Shown here: one piece after another, positions 7,635-16,823 of the stretch | How positions within the stretch are numbered: the stretch's first letter is position 1 | Layout: each line of letters starts with the position of its first letter | Virus record (IMG/VR): IMGVR_UViG_3300038556_000032 | Coordinates: 1-41,498 of that record | Origin: a virus | Taxonomy: Duplodnaviria; Caudoviricetes | Strand: one strand, 5' to 3' | DNA: 41,498 bases | Position numbers and translations under genes: made by a program | Notes under the pieces: generated by a model | What the model was told of the DNA's origin: nothing | Database searches by the model: none | The model's input: the letters and a program-made list of their open reading frames with translations, nothing else

Positions 7635-7705
7635 TAGCCAATCTGGATAATGGCCATATTGGCGTATTGCCACAACGTCCCAAAATAAGATAGCCATTTT
7701 GGAAA
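7635..7705. promoter_or_regulatory. Right operator cluster (3 sites)
   Basis: TAGCCAATCTGGATA 7635, TGGCCATATTGGCGT 7651, TAGCCATTTTGGAAA 7691; same GCCR-N3-YGG dyad as the left sites. Confidence 0.75.
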
Positions 7706-7727
7706 TGGTGTTGGGAGCCTCGGGATC

Positions 7728-7973
7728 GTGAAACTGGCGGATTGGCGGAGGTCGATTGGTTGGTCGCAGCCGCGTCTCGCGGCCGAACTGCAATGCGCCG
7801 TGTCGACCGTCGCGCGCTATGAGAACGGCAACCGCCGCCCGGAGGAGGATGCACTACAGCGCATCTTCGAGATCTCCTCCGGGCAGGTTACTCCGAACGA
7901 CTTCTATCCGATCGAGCAGTGGCGGAAGCGCTTTCCTGCGTTGGCCGCCCTGTGTGATCGAGCTGCAGCTTAA
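7728..7973 (+). CDS. cro: Cro-like HTH regulator
   Basis: MKLADWR...SQPRLAAELQCAVSTVARYENGNRRP...GQVTPNDFY. Confidence 0.85.
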   Translation: MKLADWRRSIGWSQPRLAAELQCAVSTVARYENGNRRPEEDALQRIFEISSGQVTPNDFYPIEQWRKRFPALAALCDRAAA

Positions 7974-8206
7974 TGCCCGCGTCGTTCGCCCACGCGTTGC
8001 AGCGCGACAGCGGGTTCGCAGTTTCGGTCGGTTTCAGCAATCGCTGCCAACGCCGCATTGACGTAGCCGTAAAGTGTTCGCCGGGACACCACGCGTTTCA
8101 GTTCGACGGCGCCAAGCTTGCTCACGATCAGAAAGTTGTCTCCGTCTCGCGTGATCTCGGGCGCTTCGGTTTCGTAGTAGACTACGCCGGTAGCAACATC
8201 GCGCAT
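7970..8206 (-). CDS. Hypothetical protein convergent with cro (candidate SOS-induced antirepressor)
   Basis: GGGGGA RBS before ATG 8206; stop overlaps cro stop; the function call is inference. Confidence 0.55.
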   Translation of the reverse strand: MRDVATGVVYYETEAPEITRDGDNFLIVSKLGAVELKRVVSRRTLYGYVNAALAAIAETDRNCEPAVALQRVGERRGH

Positions 8207-8289
8207 ACTCTGTCCCCCCAATGCTGGCACATTCTTCCCCAGCCGTGCGGGATACTAGCCGGACCGTTCGCCGAGTCGGCAAGCGCGCA

Positions 8290-8304
8290 ATTCACCTATA
8301 GTTC
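8290..8304. promoter_or_regulatory. Putative alphaproteobacterial LexA box
   Basis: ATTC-ACCTATA-GTTC, one mismatch to GTTC-N7-GTTC, intergenic, overlaps TATAGT. Confidence 0.5.
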
Positions 8305-8465
8305 AACGACGTCCCGCTCCGGGACGATCCGCCGCCGGGCCGCGGTCCGCGCCTGGCGCGCCCGCAAGCGAATGGCTGCAGCTCGAGCAGCTGCAACGCC
8401 GACCATTCCCGAGATCCTCGACCGCATTCGGTCGCGCGGATCCTAGCGAAACACAGGGGGGAAAC

Positions 8466-9239
8466 ATGCCACTCGGATATACCGTTCACGACCTCAAGTT
8501 CGTGCAAGGGGCGCTGGTCCAGCCGGCGCCGCTTCCGATCCGCCAGGCCGGCACGCTCGCGCTCGATACGACGTCGACCGAGATCAAAGGGCCGTGCCTG
8601 CTGCGCCTGATCAGCGACGAGGCGATCGTGCTGGACGCGCGCGAGGCGTCCGCGGACCTGAACACGGCGACTGCGCAGTACCGGATCTATCCGAACGTGC
8701 CCGCCGAAATCCCGGTGCACAGCAAGGCGATCTACCTGCGCACCACGCTGGGCGTCTTCTCGGACGCGGTCGATATCGGTCAGCCCTGCGACGTAATCGA
8801 GGTCGTGCCGGTGCTCGACACCTCGGCCTATGCCGTCGGCGACGTCCTGTTCAACCCGATCGCCATCCCGCTCGCGACCCGCCTGCTCGGCGGCCGCGCG
8901 GTGCTGCAGAGCGTGTCGATCGTCGACGAAGACGACCAGAAGCCCGCGATGGATCTGATCTTCTTCTCGGTCTTGCGCAGCCTGGGGACGATCAACACGG
9001 CGCCGTCGATCTCCGACGTCGACGCGCGCGACTGCCTGCCGACCGTCTCGATCGCAGCCGATCGGTTCATCGATCTCGGCGGCGTGTCGATCGGAACCGC
9101 GCTGCAGAGCGAGATGGGCCGGATGTACGAGGCCGGCACCGGGTCCGCCTCGATCTTTGTCGGCGCGATCGCGCGCAGCGCCGCGACATTCACGGCCGCC
9201 GACAAGCTCCGCTTCCGCTTCGGGTTCGTGAAGGCCTGA
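8466..9239 (+). CDS. Putative virion decoration / head-spike base protein
   Basis: Beta-rich, PVLDTSAYAVGDVL motif recalled from phage structural proteins; strong GGGGG RBS. Confidence 0.45.
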   Translation: MPLGYTVHDLKFVQGALVQPAPLPIRQAGTLALDTTSTEIKGPCLLRLISDEAIVLDAREASADLNTATAQYRIYPNVPAEIPVHSKAIYLRTTLGVFSDAVDIGQPCDVIEVVPVLDTSAYAVGDVLFNPIAIPLATRLLGGRAVLQSVSIVDEDDQKPAMDLIFFSVLRSLGTINTAPSISDVDARDCLPTVSIAADRFIDLGGVSIGTALQSEMGRMYEAGTGSASIFVGAIARSAATFTAADKLRFRFGFVKA

Positions 9240-10093
9240 TGCGCCCGCTCGGCGTCTTCTACGAGGCAACCAAGCCACGCGGCGGACCCGTCAGTCCGAC
9301 GCCGACGCCGACGCCGTCGGGTCCCAACTGGTCGACCGTTCTGGCGCCGATCGAAGTCGATCTGTGGGCGACCAAGTTCTATCAGGACCGCGCCGGCACG
9401 ACGTCGCTTGTGACTGCGACCGGGCAGGACGTGCGGTGTATCAGGCACCCGACGACGGACGCGATTATCTGGCAATCGCCTCTCGCCAATCCCGGCAACT
9501 GCTGGAAGCTCACGATCATCGGCGGCGTGCCGTATCTCCAGCCGAAGAACCTTGCGGGCGATAGCATCCTCGACACGGTTTTTGGCTCGTCCACGGCTCA
9601 TTTCCAGTTCGGGCTTTGCGCCAAGACGCTCTCCGTATCGGGCGGCGGCGATCTTCGCGTCTTCTCGCCGCGCAACGTCGGCGAGGCGGCCTATCTGTCG
9701 CACAAGCCGAGCTCGCGCATGGAGTTCTGGAACGGCGGCGGCGACGTGATGCAAACGGCCGCCGATTTCGGCGTGGGGACCGGCGGCGTCATCGACGGCT
9801 ATTGCACGTCGGACGGGACGGTCGACGCCATCACGCCCGTTGCTTACGCCAGTCTCCGGAAGAACACGACGGAGCTCGGCATGGCCGGCGGCGTCGGGCC
9901 GGACGCCACGAAGCCGGGCACCACAATGACGGACGGGATCCGCCTGGGCGGCGTGTCGGCCGGGTTCGGCGGCTTCGCCCCCGACATCCTGATCCGCGCG
10001 CTGTACTGGCACCAGGCCTCGACGCGCGCAGGGCTGCTTGCGGCCGCAACGCGCGCTGAAACCAACACATGGATGCAGGGGCTCACGCTATGA
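9239..10093 (+). CDS. Fibre-like protein: short N-terminal peptide, PT linker, LamG/ConA-like domain
   Basis: TGATG coupling; PVSPTPTPTPSGP linker; FYQDRAGTTSLVTATGQDV motif; LamG-like C-terminal helix. Confidence 0.6.
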   Translation: MRPLGVFYEATKPRGGPVSPTPTPTPSGPNWSTVLAPIEVDLWATKFYQDRAGTTSLVTATGQDVRCIRHPTTDAIIWQSPLANPGNCWKLTIIGGVPYLQPKNLAGDSILDTVFGSSTAHFQFGLCAKTLSVSGGGDLRVFSPRNVGEAAYLSHKPSSRMEFWNGGGDVMQTAADFGVGTGGVIDGYCTSDGTVDAITPVAYASLRKNTTELGMAGGVGPDATKPGTTMTDGIRLGGVSAGFGGFAPDILIRALYWHQASTRAGLLAAATRAETNTWMQGLTL

Positions 10094-11766
10094 TCGGGCG
10101 GCCAGGCGCTCCCATGTCCTCGAGAGAACGTCTGTCCGGCCGCAGCCGCGGAACTGGCGTGTCAGTCGCCGCGCCGGCACCGACACCAGCGCCCACTCCG
10201 GCGCCGACCCCGACGCCGACGCCCGGCTTCTTCACCAAGCGCTTCGACACGACGCTCCTCAACGCCGGCCAGCTCGCCAAATATCAGGCGATGGAGACGG
10301 TGATGGCAGCCGTGCGCTGGCAGGCATCGGAGGCCGCGGCCGATTACACGACCCAGGTCACGACGCAGAGCCAGCTCACTGCCGCGATCCAGTTTTGCCA
10401 TGACAACAGATCGACCCAGAAATGCCTGATCGAGATCGACGGCACCAACAACACCGACTGGTTCGATGGCTCGCTTTTCTCGGGCGGTCCTGACACCCGC
10501 CGGGACTTCTACGTCGGCGATCCGCGCTATGGGACGGCCGACCCGAAATATCATCCGACCTTCACGGGCTCCGGGCAGCTGGTCATCCGCCCGAAAAGCG
10601 GCATCAACCGCCCGATCAAGGGCGCGGCTGTCATTCGTGGCAAGCGGGTCCAGATCGAGGGCCTGACCTTCTGTGGCGGCCTCGGGCGCAGCCAGCGGCA
10701 AATCGTCGTTGCCGGCGTCTCGGGCGACAATGGCGCGGTCGTGTTCTTCAACAAGAACAAGTTTGGCCTGCTGTTCGACCCGACCAAGACGATCGCCGCG
10801 AACGAGGCCGAGTTCCCGTTCTACATGAACGTCGACGCGGGCCGCTATGTTGGCTTTTTCGGCAACCACTTCAACGGCTGCGACCGGGGCATTCGGTCAT
10901 TCGTGCCCTATGCGATCGAGGCCTGGGGCAATACGTTCCAGAACCACATCCTCAATCCGTTTACGGTCTCGCCGGTCAACATTGACGGGACCGATGTTGG
11001 CGCGATCAACGAATATCCGAACGCGCTGAACACCTATTGCCATTTCCACCACAACCTGATCCTGCCTTATCGCGACGATTACAGCGGCGTCGCGAACGAC
11101 GTGGCGCACGTGAATGTCTGCACGTTCCTCTATGGCGAAAGCGATCCGTGGCCGGCACCGTCGCGGACGGTGAACCTGGTGCTGATGGGGAATTGCGCGC
11201 TCTCGGGCGGCACGTCCTATATCACCAAGCCGGGCGGCGACCGGATCAGCCCTAACATCAACGGCTACATCCTCACCGACTATTCTCGTCAGGCGCTCGG
11301 CTTCGACCTGGTCGCCGGCAACATTTTCCTCTCGAATGGCTTCCTCTTTCAGGGCAACCGCATCCGCGACAGCCGCATCGCCTTCAACGTGTGCGGCGCG
11401 CCGTTTAAGGTGCGCGCCGGCGTGCCCGACGGCACCTCGAGCGGATGGAGCAAGGTCACCACGTACAAGGATGCGGGCGGGTATCTGGAGATCGTCAACA
11501 ACTTCTTCCGTCAGCCGATCTCGGACGGCACGCCGGGCGCCGACGTCACCAGCCCGAACGGCGGTCTCAACAACTTCTCAACGGCCAGTGTCGGCGAGCG
11601 GCCGCAGGACGTGCTGGCAGGCGGGCACGCGCCCTTCTACCAGAATAGCGACGGCTACTGGATCTGGGACCTGGCCAACGGCCTGACCAACGAACAAATC
11701 TACGAGGCTGTCATTGCGCAGGGCTCGCGCAAGGCGGGCCAGACCAACGGCCCCGTGTTCGTCTGA
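10090..11766 (+). CDS. Putative polysaccharide depolymerase (right-handed beta-helix) with PT linker
   Basis: ATGA coupling; APAPTPAPTPAPTPTPTPG linker; VTTQSQLTAAI...VIRGKRVQIEGLTF cap and Asn-rich rungs of the pectin-lyase fold. Confidence 0.65.
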   Translation: MIGRPGAPMSSRERLSGRSRGTGVSVAAPAPTPAPTPAPTPTPTPGFFTKRFDTTLLNAGQLAKYQAMETVMAAVRWQASEAAADYTTQVTTQSQLTAAIQFCHDNRSTQKCLIEIDGTNNTDWFDGSLFSGGPDTRRDFYVGDPRYGTADPKYHPTFTGSGQLVIRPKSGINRPIKGAAVIRGKRVQIEGLTFCGGLGRSQRQIVVAGVSGDNGAVVFFNKNKFGLLFDPTKTIAANEAEFPFYMNVDAGRYVGFFGNHFNGCDRGIRSFVPYAIEAWGNTFQNHILNPFTVSPVNIDGTDVGAINEYPNALNTYCHFHHNLILPYRDDYSGVANDVAHVNVCTFLYGESDPWPAPSRTVNLVLMGNCALSGGTSYITKPGGDRISPNINGYILTDYSRQALGFDLVAGNIFLSNGFLFQGNRIRDSRIAFNVCGAPFKVRAGVPDGTSSGWSKVTTYKDAGGYLEIVNNFFRQPISDGTPGADVTSPNGGLNNFSTASVGERPQDVLAGGHAPFYQNSDGYWIWDLANGLTNEQIYEAVIAQGSRKAGQTNGPVFV

Positions 11767-11891
11767 TGGCCGCTTCGCTTTCAGCACTTCCTCCGCCCGT
11801 CGGCTTTCAGGCGTTCGACGACGGGCAACTCGCGCGCTCGTTTTCCACCCCTGGGCGAGCGCGCGCTTTTATTCCGCGGCTCGGCCGATGA
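11766..11891 (+). CDS. 41-aa bridging/leader ORF (absent from ORF track)
   Basis: TGATG overlap upstream and ATGA overlap with primase; open frame checked by hand. Confidence 0.4.
   Translation: MAASLSALPPPVGFQAFDDGQLARSFSTPGRARAFIPRLGR
11831..11873 (+). terminator. Intrinsic-terminator-like hairpin
   Basis: CGCGCGCTCG...CGAGCGCGCG followed by CTTTTATT. Confidence 0.55.
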
Positions 11892-12973
11892 ATGCGGCGC
11901 CGAACCTGCTCACCATGGGCGAGCTCGAGACCATGCTCGAGGGCTCGGCCGAGAGCCTGTGCTTCCACCTGTTCCCCAACGGCAAGATCAATGGCGGGTT
12001 CTTCGAGATCGGCTCGATCGCCGGCGAGCCTGGTCGTTCGCTCAAGGTCAACCTGACCGTCGGCAAGCGCGGCTGCTGGACGGATTTCTCCGACAAAGAT
12101 GCGGGCCTCGGCGCCGGATCCGGCGATCTCCTGTGGCTGATCGCCGGCGCGCGGTGCGGCGGCAACCTCAAGGATGCGTGCCGCTACGCGCGCGCCTGGC
12201 TGGGCGTGGACAACATCGACCCGGCCACGATCGGCCGGATCCAGGCGCAAGCGCGCGTGAACCGCGAGCGCGCGAATGTCGCGGCCGATCGCGAGGCCGA
12301 GAAGAAGCGCCGCAAGGCAATCGGGTTGTGGAGCCACGCCGAGAAGCTCCCGGGCACGCCGGCGGAGCGCTATCTCCACGGCCGCGGGCTCGACCTGCGC
12401 CTGCTCGGCCGCGCGCCAGGCGCGCTGCGCTTCCGGCCCGACGTGTGGTGCTCGGAGACCGGGAGCAAGCTTCCGGCCATGGTCGCGATCGTGCTCGACC
12501 TCGAGGGCCGCTCGATCGCGTGCCATCGGACCTATCTGCAGCGCCGCGGCGACGGGAGCTGGACCAAAGCGCAGCTCGAGGACGCCAAGAAGGCGCTCGG
12601 CCGGTTCGGCGGCGGGTTCATCCCGGTCTGGAAGGGGCGGCATCGCTGCTCGCTCAAGGATCTGCCGGAGGGCACGCCGGTCTATGTGACCGAGGGGATC
12701 GAGGACGCGCTCACCGTCGCGATCGCGCGGCCGGATCTGCGCGTCATCGCGGCGATCAGCTTGGGGAACATCGGTGCGATCGAGCTGCCGGCGCAGGCCG
12801 GGCCGCTCGTGATCGTCGCCGATCGTGACAAGCCGGGAAGCAAGGCGGTCGACGCGCTCGAGCGCGCGATCGCCGCACAGCAGCGGAGAGGCCGGCGCGT
12901 GCAGCTCGTGCTGCCGCCGGAGGGGGCAAAGGACATGAACGAAGCGCTGCAGCGCATGGAGCGCGCCGCATGA
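11888..12973 (+). CDS. Toprim-domain primase
   Basis: HRTYL, VTEGIEDAL, VIVADRD, KDMNE motifs; start 11888 or 11915. Confidence 0.85.
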   Translation: MNAAPNLLTMGELETMLEGSAESLCFHLFPNGKINGGFFEIGSIAGEPGRSLKVNLTVGKRGCWTDFSDKDAGLGAGSGDLLWLIAGARCGGNLKDACRYARAWLGVDNIDPATIGRIQAQARVNRERANVAADREAEKKRRKAIGLWSHAEKLPGTPAERYLHGRGLDLRLLGRAPGALRFRPDVWCSETGSKLPAMVAIVLDLEGRSIACHRTYLQRRGDGSWTKAQLEDAKKALGRFGGGFIPVWKGRHRCSLKDLPEGTPVYVTEGIEDALTVAIARPDLRVIAAISLGNIGAIELPAQAGPLVIVADRDKPGSKAVDALERAIAAQQRRGRRVQLVLPPEGAKDMNEALQRMERAA

Positions 12974-14802
12974 CTGGCAACATCGTTTCGATCGGCGCTG
13001 CTCTCGACAGCCCGCAGGATCTCCCGGACCTGGCGCGGCCGAGCTCGCGCGACGACGACACCCTACCGCCCGACCAGCCGCGCCTGCCGGCAGACTGCCC
13101 GGTCAAGCCGCTCGGCGTGCTCGCCCAGACCCATTATTATCTCGACAGCTTGGGCCAGCTGATCAGCCTGGGGCCACGCGAACACAGCAAGCAGCACATC
13201 GAGGCGCTCTTCGGCGTGCAGTCGTCGATGCTGCGCGAGATCTGGCCGCGCTTCGCAGCGAAGGCCGACCCGAAAACGGGCGAGGTGTCGATCAACGGCT
13301 GGAAGGCCGATGAGGCGGCCGAGCATCTGAAACGCTGCGCAGCCTGGCAGGGGATCTTCGACCCGCAGGGGCGCGTGCGCGGCCGTGGAGCGCATCGCGG
13401 CGACAATGGCGAGCTGATCATCCATTGTGGCGATCGGATCCTGATCGGCGGCCGCAAGGTCACCGGCGGCCCGGCGGAGCCGCGCTGGTATGAGCCCGGG
13501 CTGCTCGGCAAGTATGTCTACCCGACGGCGCCGGCGATGCCGCGGCCGTGGCAGGAAGAGGTCGACGACAAGCCGGCGGTGTTCTTGCTCGGCTTGTTCA
13601 AGCAATGGAGCTGGGCCCGGTCCCAGATCGATCCCTATCTCCTGCTCGGCGTCGCCGGCGCCGCCATGGTCGCCGGCGCGCTCGCCTGGCGGCCGCACGC
13701 CTGGCTCACCGGCGGATCCGGCACGGGCAAATCGACCCTGCAGAAGATCTTCGAGCTGATGTTCGGCAACGGCGCGCTCACCACGGGCGACGCGACGCCG
13801 GCCTCCGTGCGCCAGCTCCTGCAGCAGCAGACGCTGCCGGTGTTCTTCGACGAGCTCGAGGCCGAGGCCGAGGGCGGCCGTGCGCAGAAGATCGTGGAGC
13901 TCGCGCGCCTGGCCAGCTCGGGCGCGCAGACGTTCCGCGGCGGCACCGACCACAAGGCGAGCGAGTTCACGGTCCGGTCCAGCTTTATCTTTTCGTCGAT
14001 CCTGGTCCCGCCCATGCCGCAGCAGGACCGCAACCGCCTCGCCATGCTCGAGCTCGAGGAGCTGCCGCGCGACGCGAAAGCGCCGGATCCGTACACGCTC
14101 GGCCTGCCGGAGATCGGTCGCAAAATCCGCCGGCGCCTGCTCGACCAGTGGTGGCGGTGGGACGAGACGCTCGCGCTCTACAAGACGGCCCTGGCCCGCT
14201 ATGGCCACAACGGCCGCTCCGCCGACCAGTTCGGCACCCTGCTCGCGATCGCGGATCTCATGATCTACGAGCACGAGGCGGATCTCGACGTCGTCGAGGA
14301 ATGGGCCGAGCAGCTGCGCGCCGAAGCGCTGGCCGAGAAGATCTTTGAGCGGACGGACAGCGACGAGTGCGCCGAATGGCTCGCCTCGAGCGAGCTGCGC
14401 GGCCGCGGCGGCGACGAGCGCGAGACGATCGCCCGCGCCATGGCCAGGGCGATTGCGATCAACGACGTCGAGAGCAACCACGCGAACCGCCGACAGCGCC
14501 TGCGCTCAATTGGCATCGCCGTCGGCAACCTGGTCGACAAGGGTGAAGGGCTGACCGACGACAAGCGCTGGGGCTTCCGCGACTTCAACGGCGGCGAGGC
14601 CTGGGTGGCGATCGCCAACACGCATCGGCTGCTCGACGAGGTTTTCGACAAGAGCCGTTGGCGCGGCGGCACATGGGCGCAGAGCTTCCAGCGCGCGCGC
14701 AACGCGCGCCGGCGCATCAAGGTCAAGTTCGACGGCCGTCCGATCTGGGCGACCGTGGTGCCAATCGAGCTGTTCCTCGGCACGGTCGAAGAGCCCGAAT
14801 GA
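12970..14802 (+). CDS. P-loop replicative helicase (primase-associated)
   Basis: Walker A GGSGTGKST, Walker B FFDELE; ATGA-coupled to primase. Confidence 0.8.
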   Translation: MTGNIVSIGAALDSPQDLPDLARPSSRDDDTLPPDQPRLPADCPVKPLGVLAQTHYYLDSLGQLISLGPREHSKQHIEALFGVQSSMLREIWPRFAAKADPKTGEVSINGWKADEAAEHLKRCAAWQGIFDPQGRVRGRGAHRGDNGELIIHCGDRILIGGRKVTGGPAEPRWYEPGLLGKYVYPTAPAMPRPWQEEVDDKPAVFLLGLFKQWSWARSQIDPYLLLGVAGAAMVAGALAWRPHAWLTGGSGTGKSTLQKIFELMFGNGALTTGDATPASVRQLLQQQTLPVFFDELEAEAEGGRAQKIVELARLASSGAQTFRGGTDHKASEFTVRSSFIFSSILVPPMPQQDRNRLAMLELEELPRDAKAPDPYTLGLPEIGRKIRRRLLDQWWRWDETLALYKTALARYGHNGRSADQFGTLLAIADLMIYEHEADLDVVEEWAEQLRAEALAEKIFERTDSDECAEWLASSELRGRGGDERETIARAMARAIAINDVESNHANRRQRLRSIGIAVGNLVDKGEGLTDDKRWGFRDFNGGEAWVAIANTHRLLDEVFDKSRWRGGTWAQSFQRARNARRRIKVKFDGRPIWATVVPIELFLGTVEEPE

Positions 14803-15198
14803 CCCGGGCCCGCTACAGAATACGCCTGGGCAGCCGATTTGCGGCGCTCAATGCGCGCACAAGTTGTGAAGGCGATAGGCATTCTCGACTTTTCAGCACA
14901 TCCCAAGTTGTTCTCGACATATTCAAGTATCGTCGAAGCGCGCTCCAAATACTGCGCTCAACGACGCGCCGGGCGGCATGCGGCGCGCGGCACCTCGATT
15001 GCGTGTCCAATCAACGCGCGTCGGCAGCGATCGCGCGCCAGCGGCGCGCGGCCGCGAACAGCCGGCGCTCCGCGTCGACCAGGAGCTCGAGCAGCTCACC
15101 CGGTCCCGCCGCGATCTCTTTTTTTGGCCCTGGCCCGCGCCCCTTGACTTCAAGCAGGGAGGCATGGCCTTCTGATCGCCGGCCGATGGGCCCGGGGA

Positions 15199-15449
15199 CG
15201 GTTCCCAAGTTCCCAAGCGGTTCCCAAGCGATGGGAACCGGTAAGCTGCTGAAATCACTACATTTTGCGCCCGAGTTCCCGGGTTCCCAGCTTCTCGCGC
15301 GCGCGTATGATACGTGCGCGCGCGTCATGCGAGAGGATTGGATTTATTGGGAACTCTGGGAACTAGGGATAAATCCATCTAGAATAGAGAGGCTTAGCGG
15401 TTCCCATCGCGGTTCCCAACGCTCTGCGCAGCTGGGAACTTGGGAACCG
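15199..15449. repeat. Iteron array, probable replication origin
   Basis: 12 GTTCCC/GGGAAC copies in nested inverted arrangement with AT-rich patches, downstream of primase-helicase. Confidence 0.75.
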
Positions 15450-16047
15450 GCCGGATCTGACCTGCTCGCCGACCAGTCGCGCCGGGATAGAATAGGCCCG
15501 TTTAGGGGGTTCCCGCACCGGCGCCCGGGCGCCAGTTTCCGGCGGTCGCCCCGCGGCCTGGGCGCGATCGGCAGCAGCTCGGCCGAGCTCGAGCAGCTGC
15601 TCGACCAGGCGCGCGCGGATCTTGAGATTTCAGCCACTTACGAGGGGCGCGCGGGGTCGTTTGGAACCGGTCATTTGGAACCGGTGTCGCAAGGGGTTGA
15701 TCTCGGCCGACTTTCCGGGCCTCGCCGCCAGCTTGGCAGGCTATCGAGGACGGCCCGGGCGGGTCGATCGGCGGCGATCGCCGGCGGCGAGGGGGGCACC
15801 CCCCCCAACGCGCGCGCCCGGTCCGTCGCCCCTTCGCGCAGCCGATTTTTTGAGTTTCGGGTCGCCGTCCCACCTGTGCGCCTGGCGGAGCCTGCCCAAA
15901 GTTGGACGGGCGATCGGGGGTCGGGGGGCGCGGCGGTCGACCGCGGCCCAGATTGGGCCGGTCACACGGGGCCCGGGGTAACGGGCGCTCTGCTGCGGTC
16001 GGAAGAGGGAAGACCGAACTCGCGAAAGCTGAACCGGGGAGGCGCGC

Positions 16048-16668
16048 GTGTCAACGCCTGACACCGGCGAAAAGGGCTTCGCGGCGCATGCGATCGCCGA
16101 CGCAAAGCAGCTGCTCGCGGCCGAGGAAGAGCAGCTGAGCCTGCTCGACCCGCCGACGGCCGAGGAGCTCGCGATCGCGCGTGAGGAGCTTGGCCGGCTC
16201 GGGCGCGACGCCGGGCACATGTCAGTCCTGCGCCACGCACGCGACCAGCGGAGCTCGGGGCGCAAGCGCGGCAGTCGCAACAAGCGAACGGACGATTTCG
16301 CGAAGTGGATCCTGCAGTTCGGCCAGCATCCGGCGCGGACCCTGATGGAGGTCCAGTCGACGCCGGAGCCGGTGCTGATCGAGCTCTCCAAGCGAAAGAT
16401 TACGCGCGTCACCAGGTCCGGCCAGGTCGTCGAGTTCAGCGAGGAGATGAGCTTTGCCGAGGCGCGCGCGCTGCGCGTCCGCGCGGCCGAGGCGCTGATG
16501 CCATACCTCGAGAGCAAGAAGCCCGTCGCGGTCGACGTGTCGTTCGCCGGCGTCTCGGATCTGATCATCGAGGGCGTGACGCATAGCGAGCGCGAGGTCC
16601 GCGACATCGTCGACGCCGAGTTCATGGAGCTCGAGGACCAGCGCGACCAGGGGGAGGGCCAGCCGTGA
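16048..16668 (+). CDS. terS: Terminase small subunit (putative)
   Basis: GRKRGSRNKRT motif; upstream of terL; GGAGG RBS. Confidence 0.6.
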   Translation: MSTPDTGEKGFAAHAIADAKQLLAAEEEQLSLLDPPTAEELAIAREELGRLGRDAGHMSVLRHARDQRSSGRKRGSRNKRTDDFAKWILQFGQHPARTLMEVQSTPEPVLIELSKRKITRVTRSGQVVEFSEEMSFAEARALRVRAAEALMPYLESKKPVAVDVSFAGVSDLIIEGVTHSEREVRDIVDAEFMELEDQRDQGEGQP

Positions 16669-16823
16669 AACAATGGACCGCCAAGCGGGTCGACGTCCTG
16701 TGCGAGCTGGTCGCCAGCGGGTTCAGCTTCGCCGACTGCGCACGCGCGCTCGACATCCCGCGGGCCGAGTGCGCGAAGCGCTTCGAGCAGATCCGGGAAA
16801 GCTACGGGAGGCAGGTGAAATGA
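16665..16823 (+). CDS. 52-aa GcrA-N-like HTH protein (absent from ORF track)
   Basis: MKQWTAKRVDVLCELVASGFSFADCARALDIPRAECAKRFEQIRESYGRQVK; GTGA and ATGA overlaps. Confidence 0.6.
   Translation: MKQWTAKRVDVLCELVASGFSFADCARALDIPRAECAKRFEQIRESYGRQVK

Noticed and set aside
14910-14924. GTTC-N7-ATTC LexA-like box
   Set aside because: No convincing downstream gene or promoter; may be chance
15209-15223. Perfect GTTC-N7-GTTC
   Set aside because: By-product of 11-bp iteron spacing
14658-16061. 467-aa ORF across the origin region (possible ATGA-coupled start at 14799)
   Set aside because: Arg/Ser/Gly-rich low-information translation running through iterons; probably a GC artefact, though a short N-terminal product is not excluded
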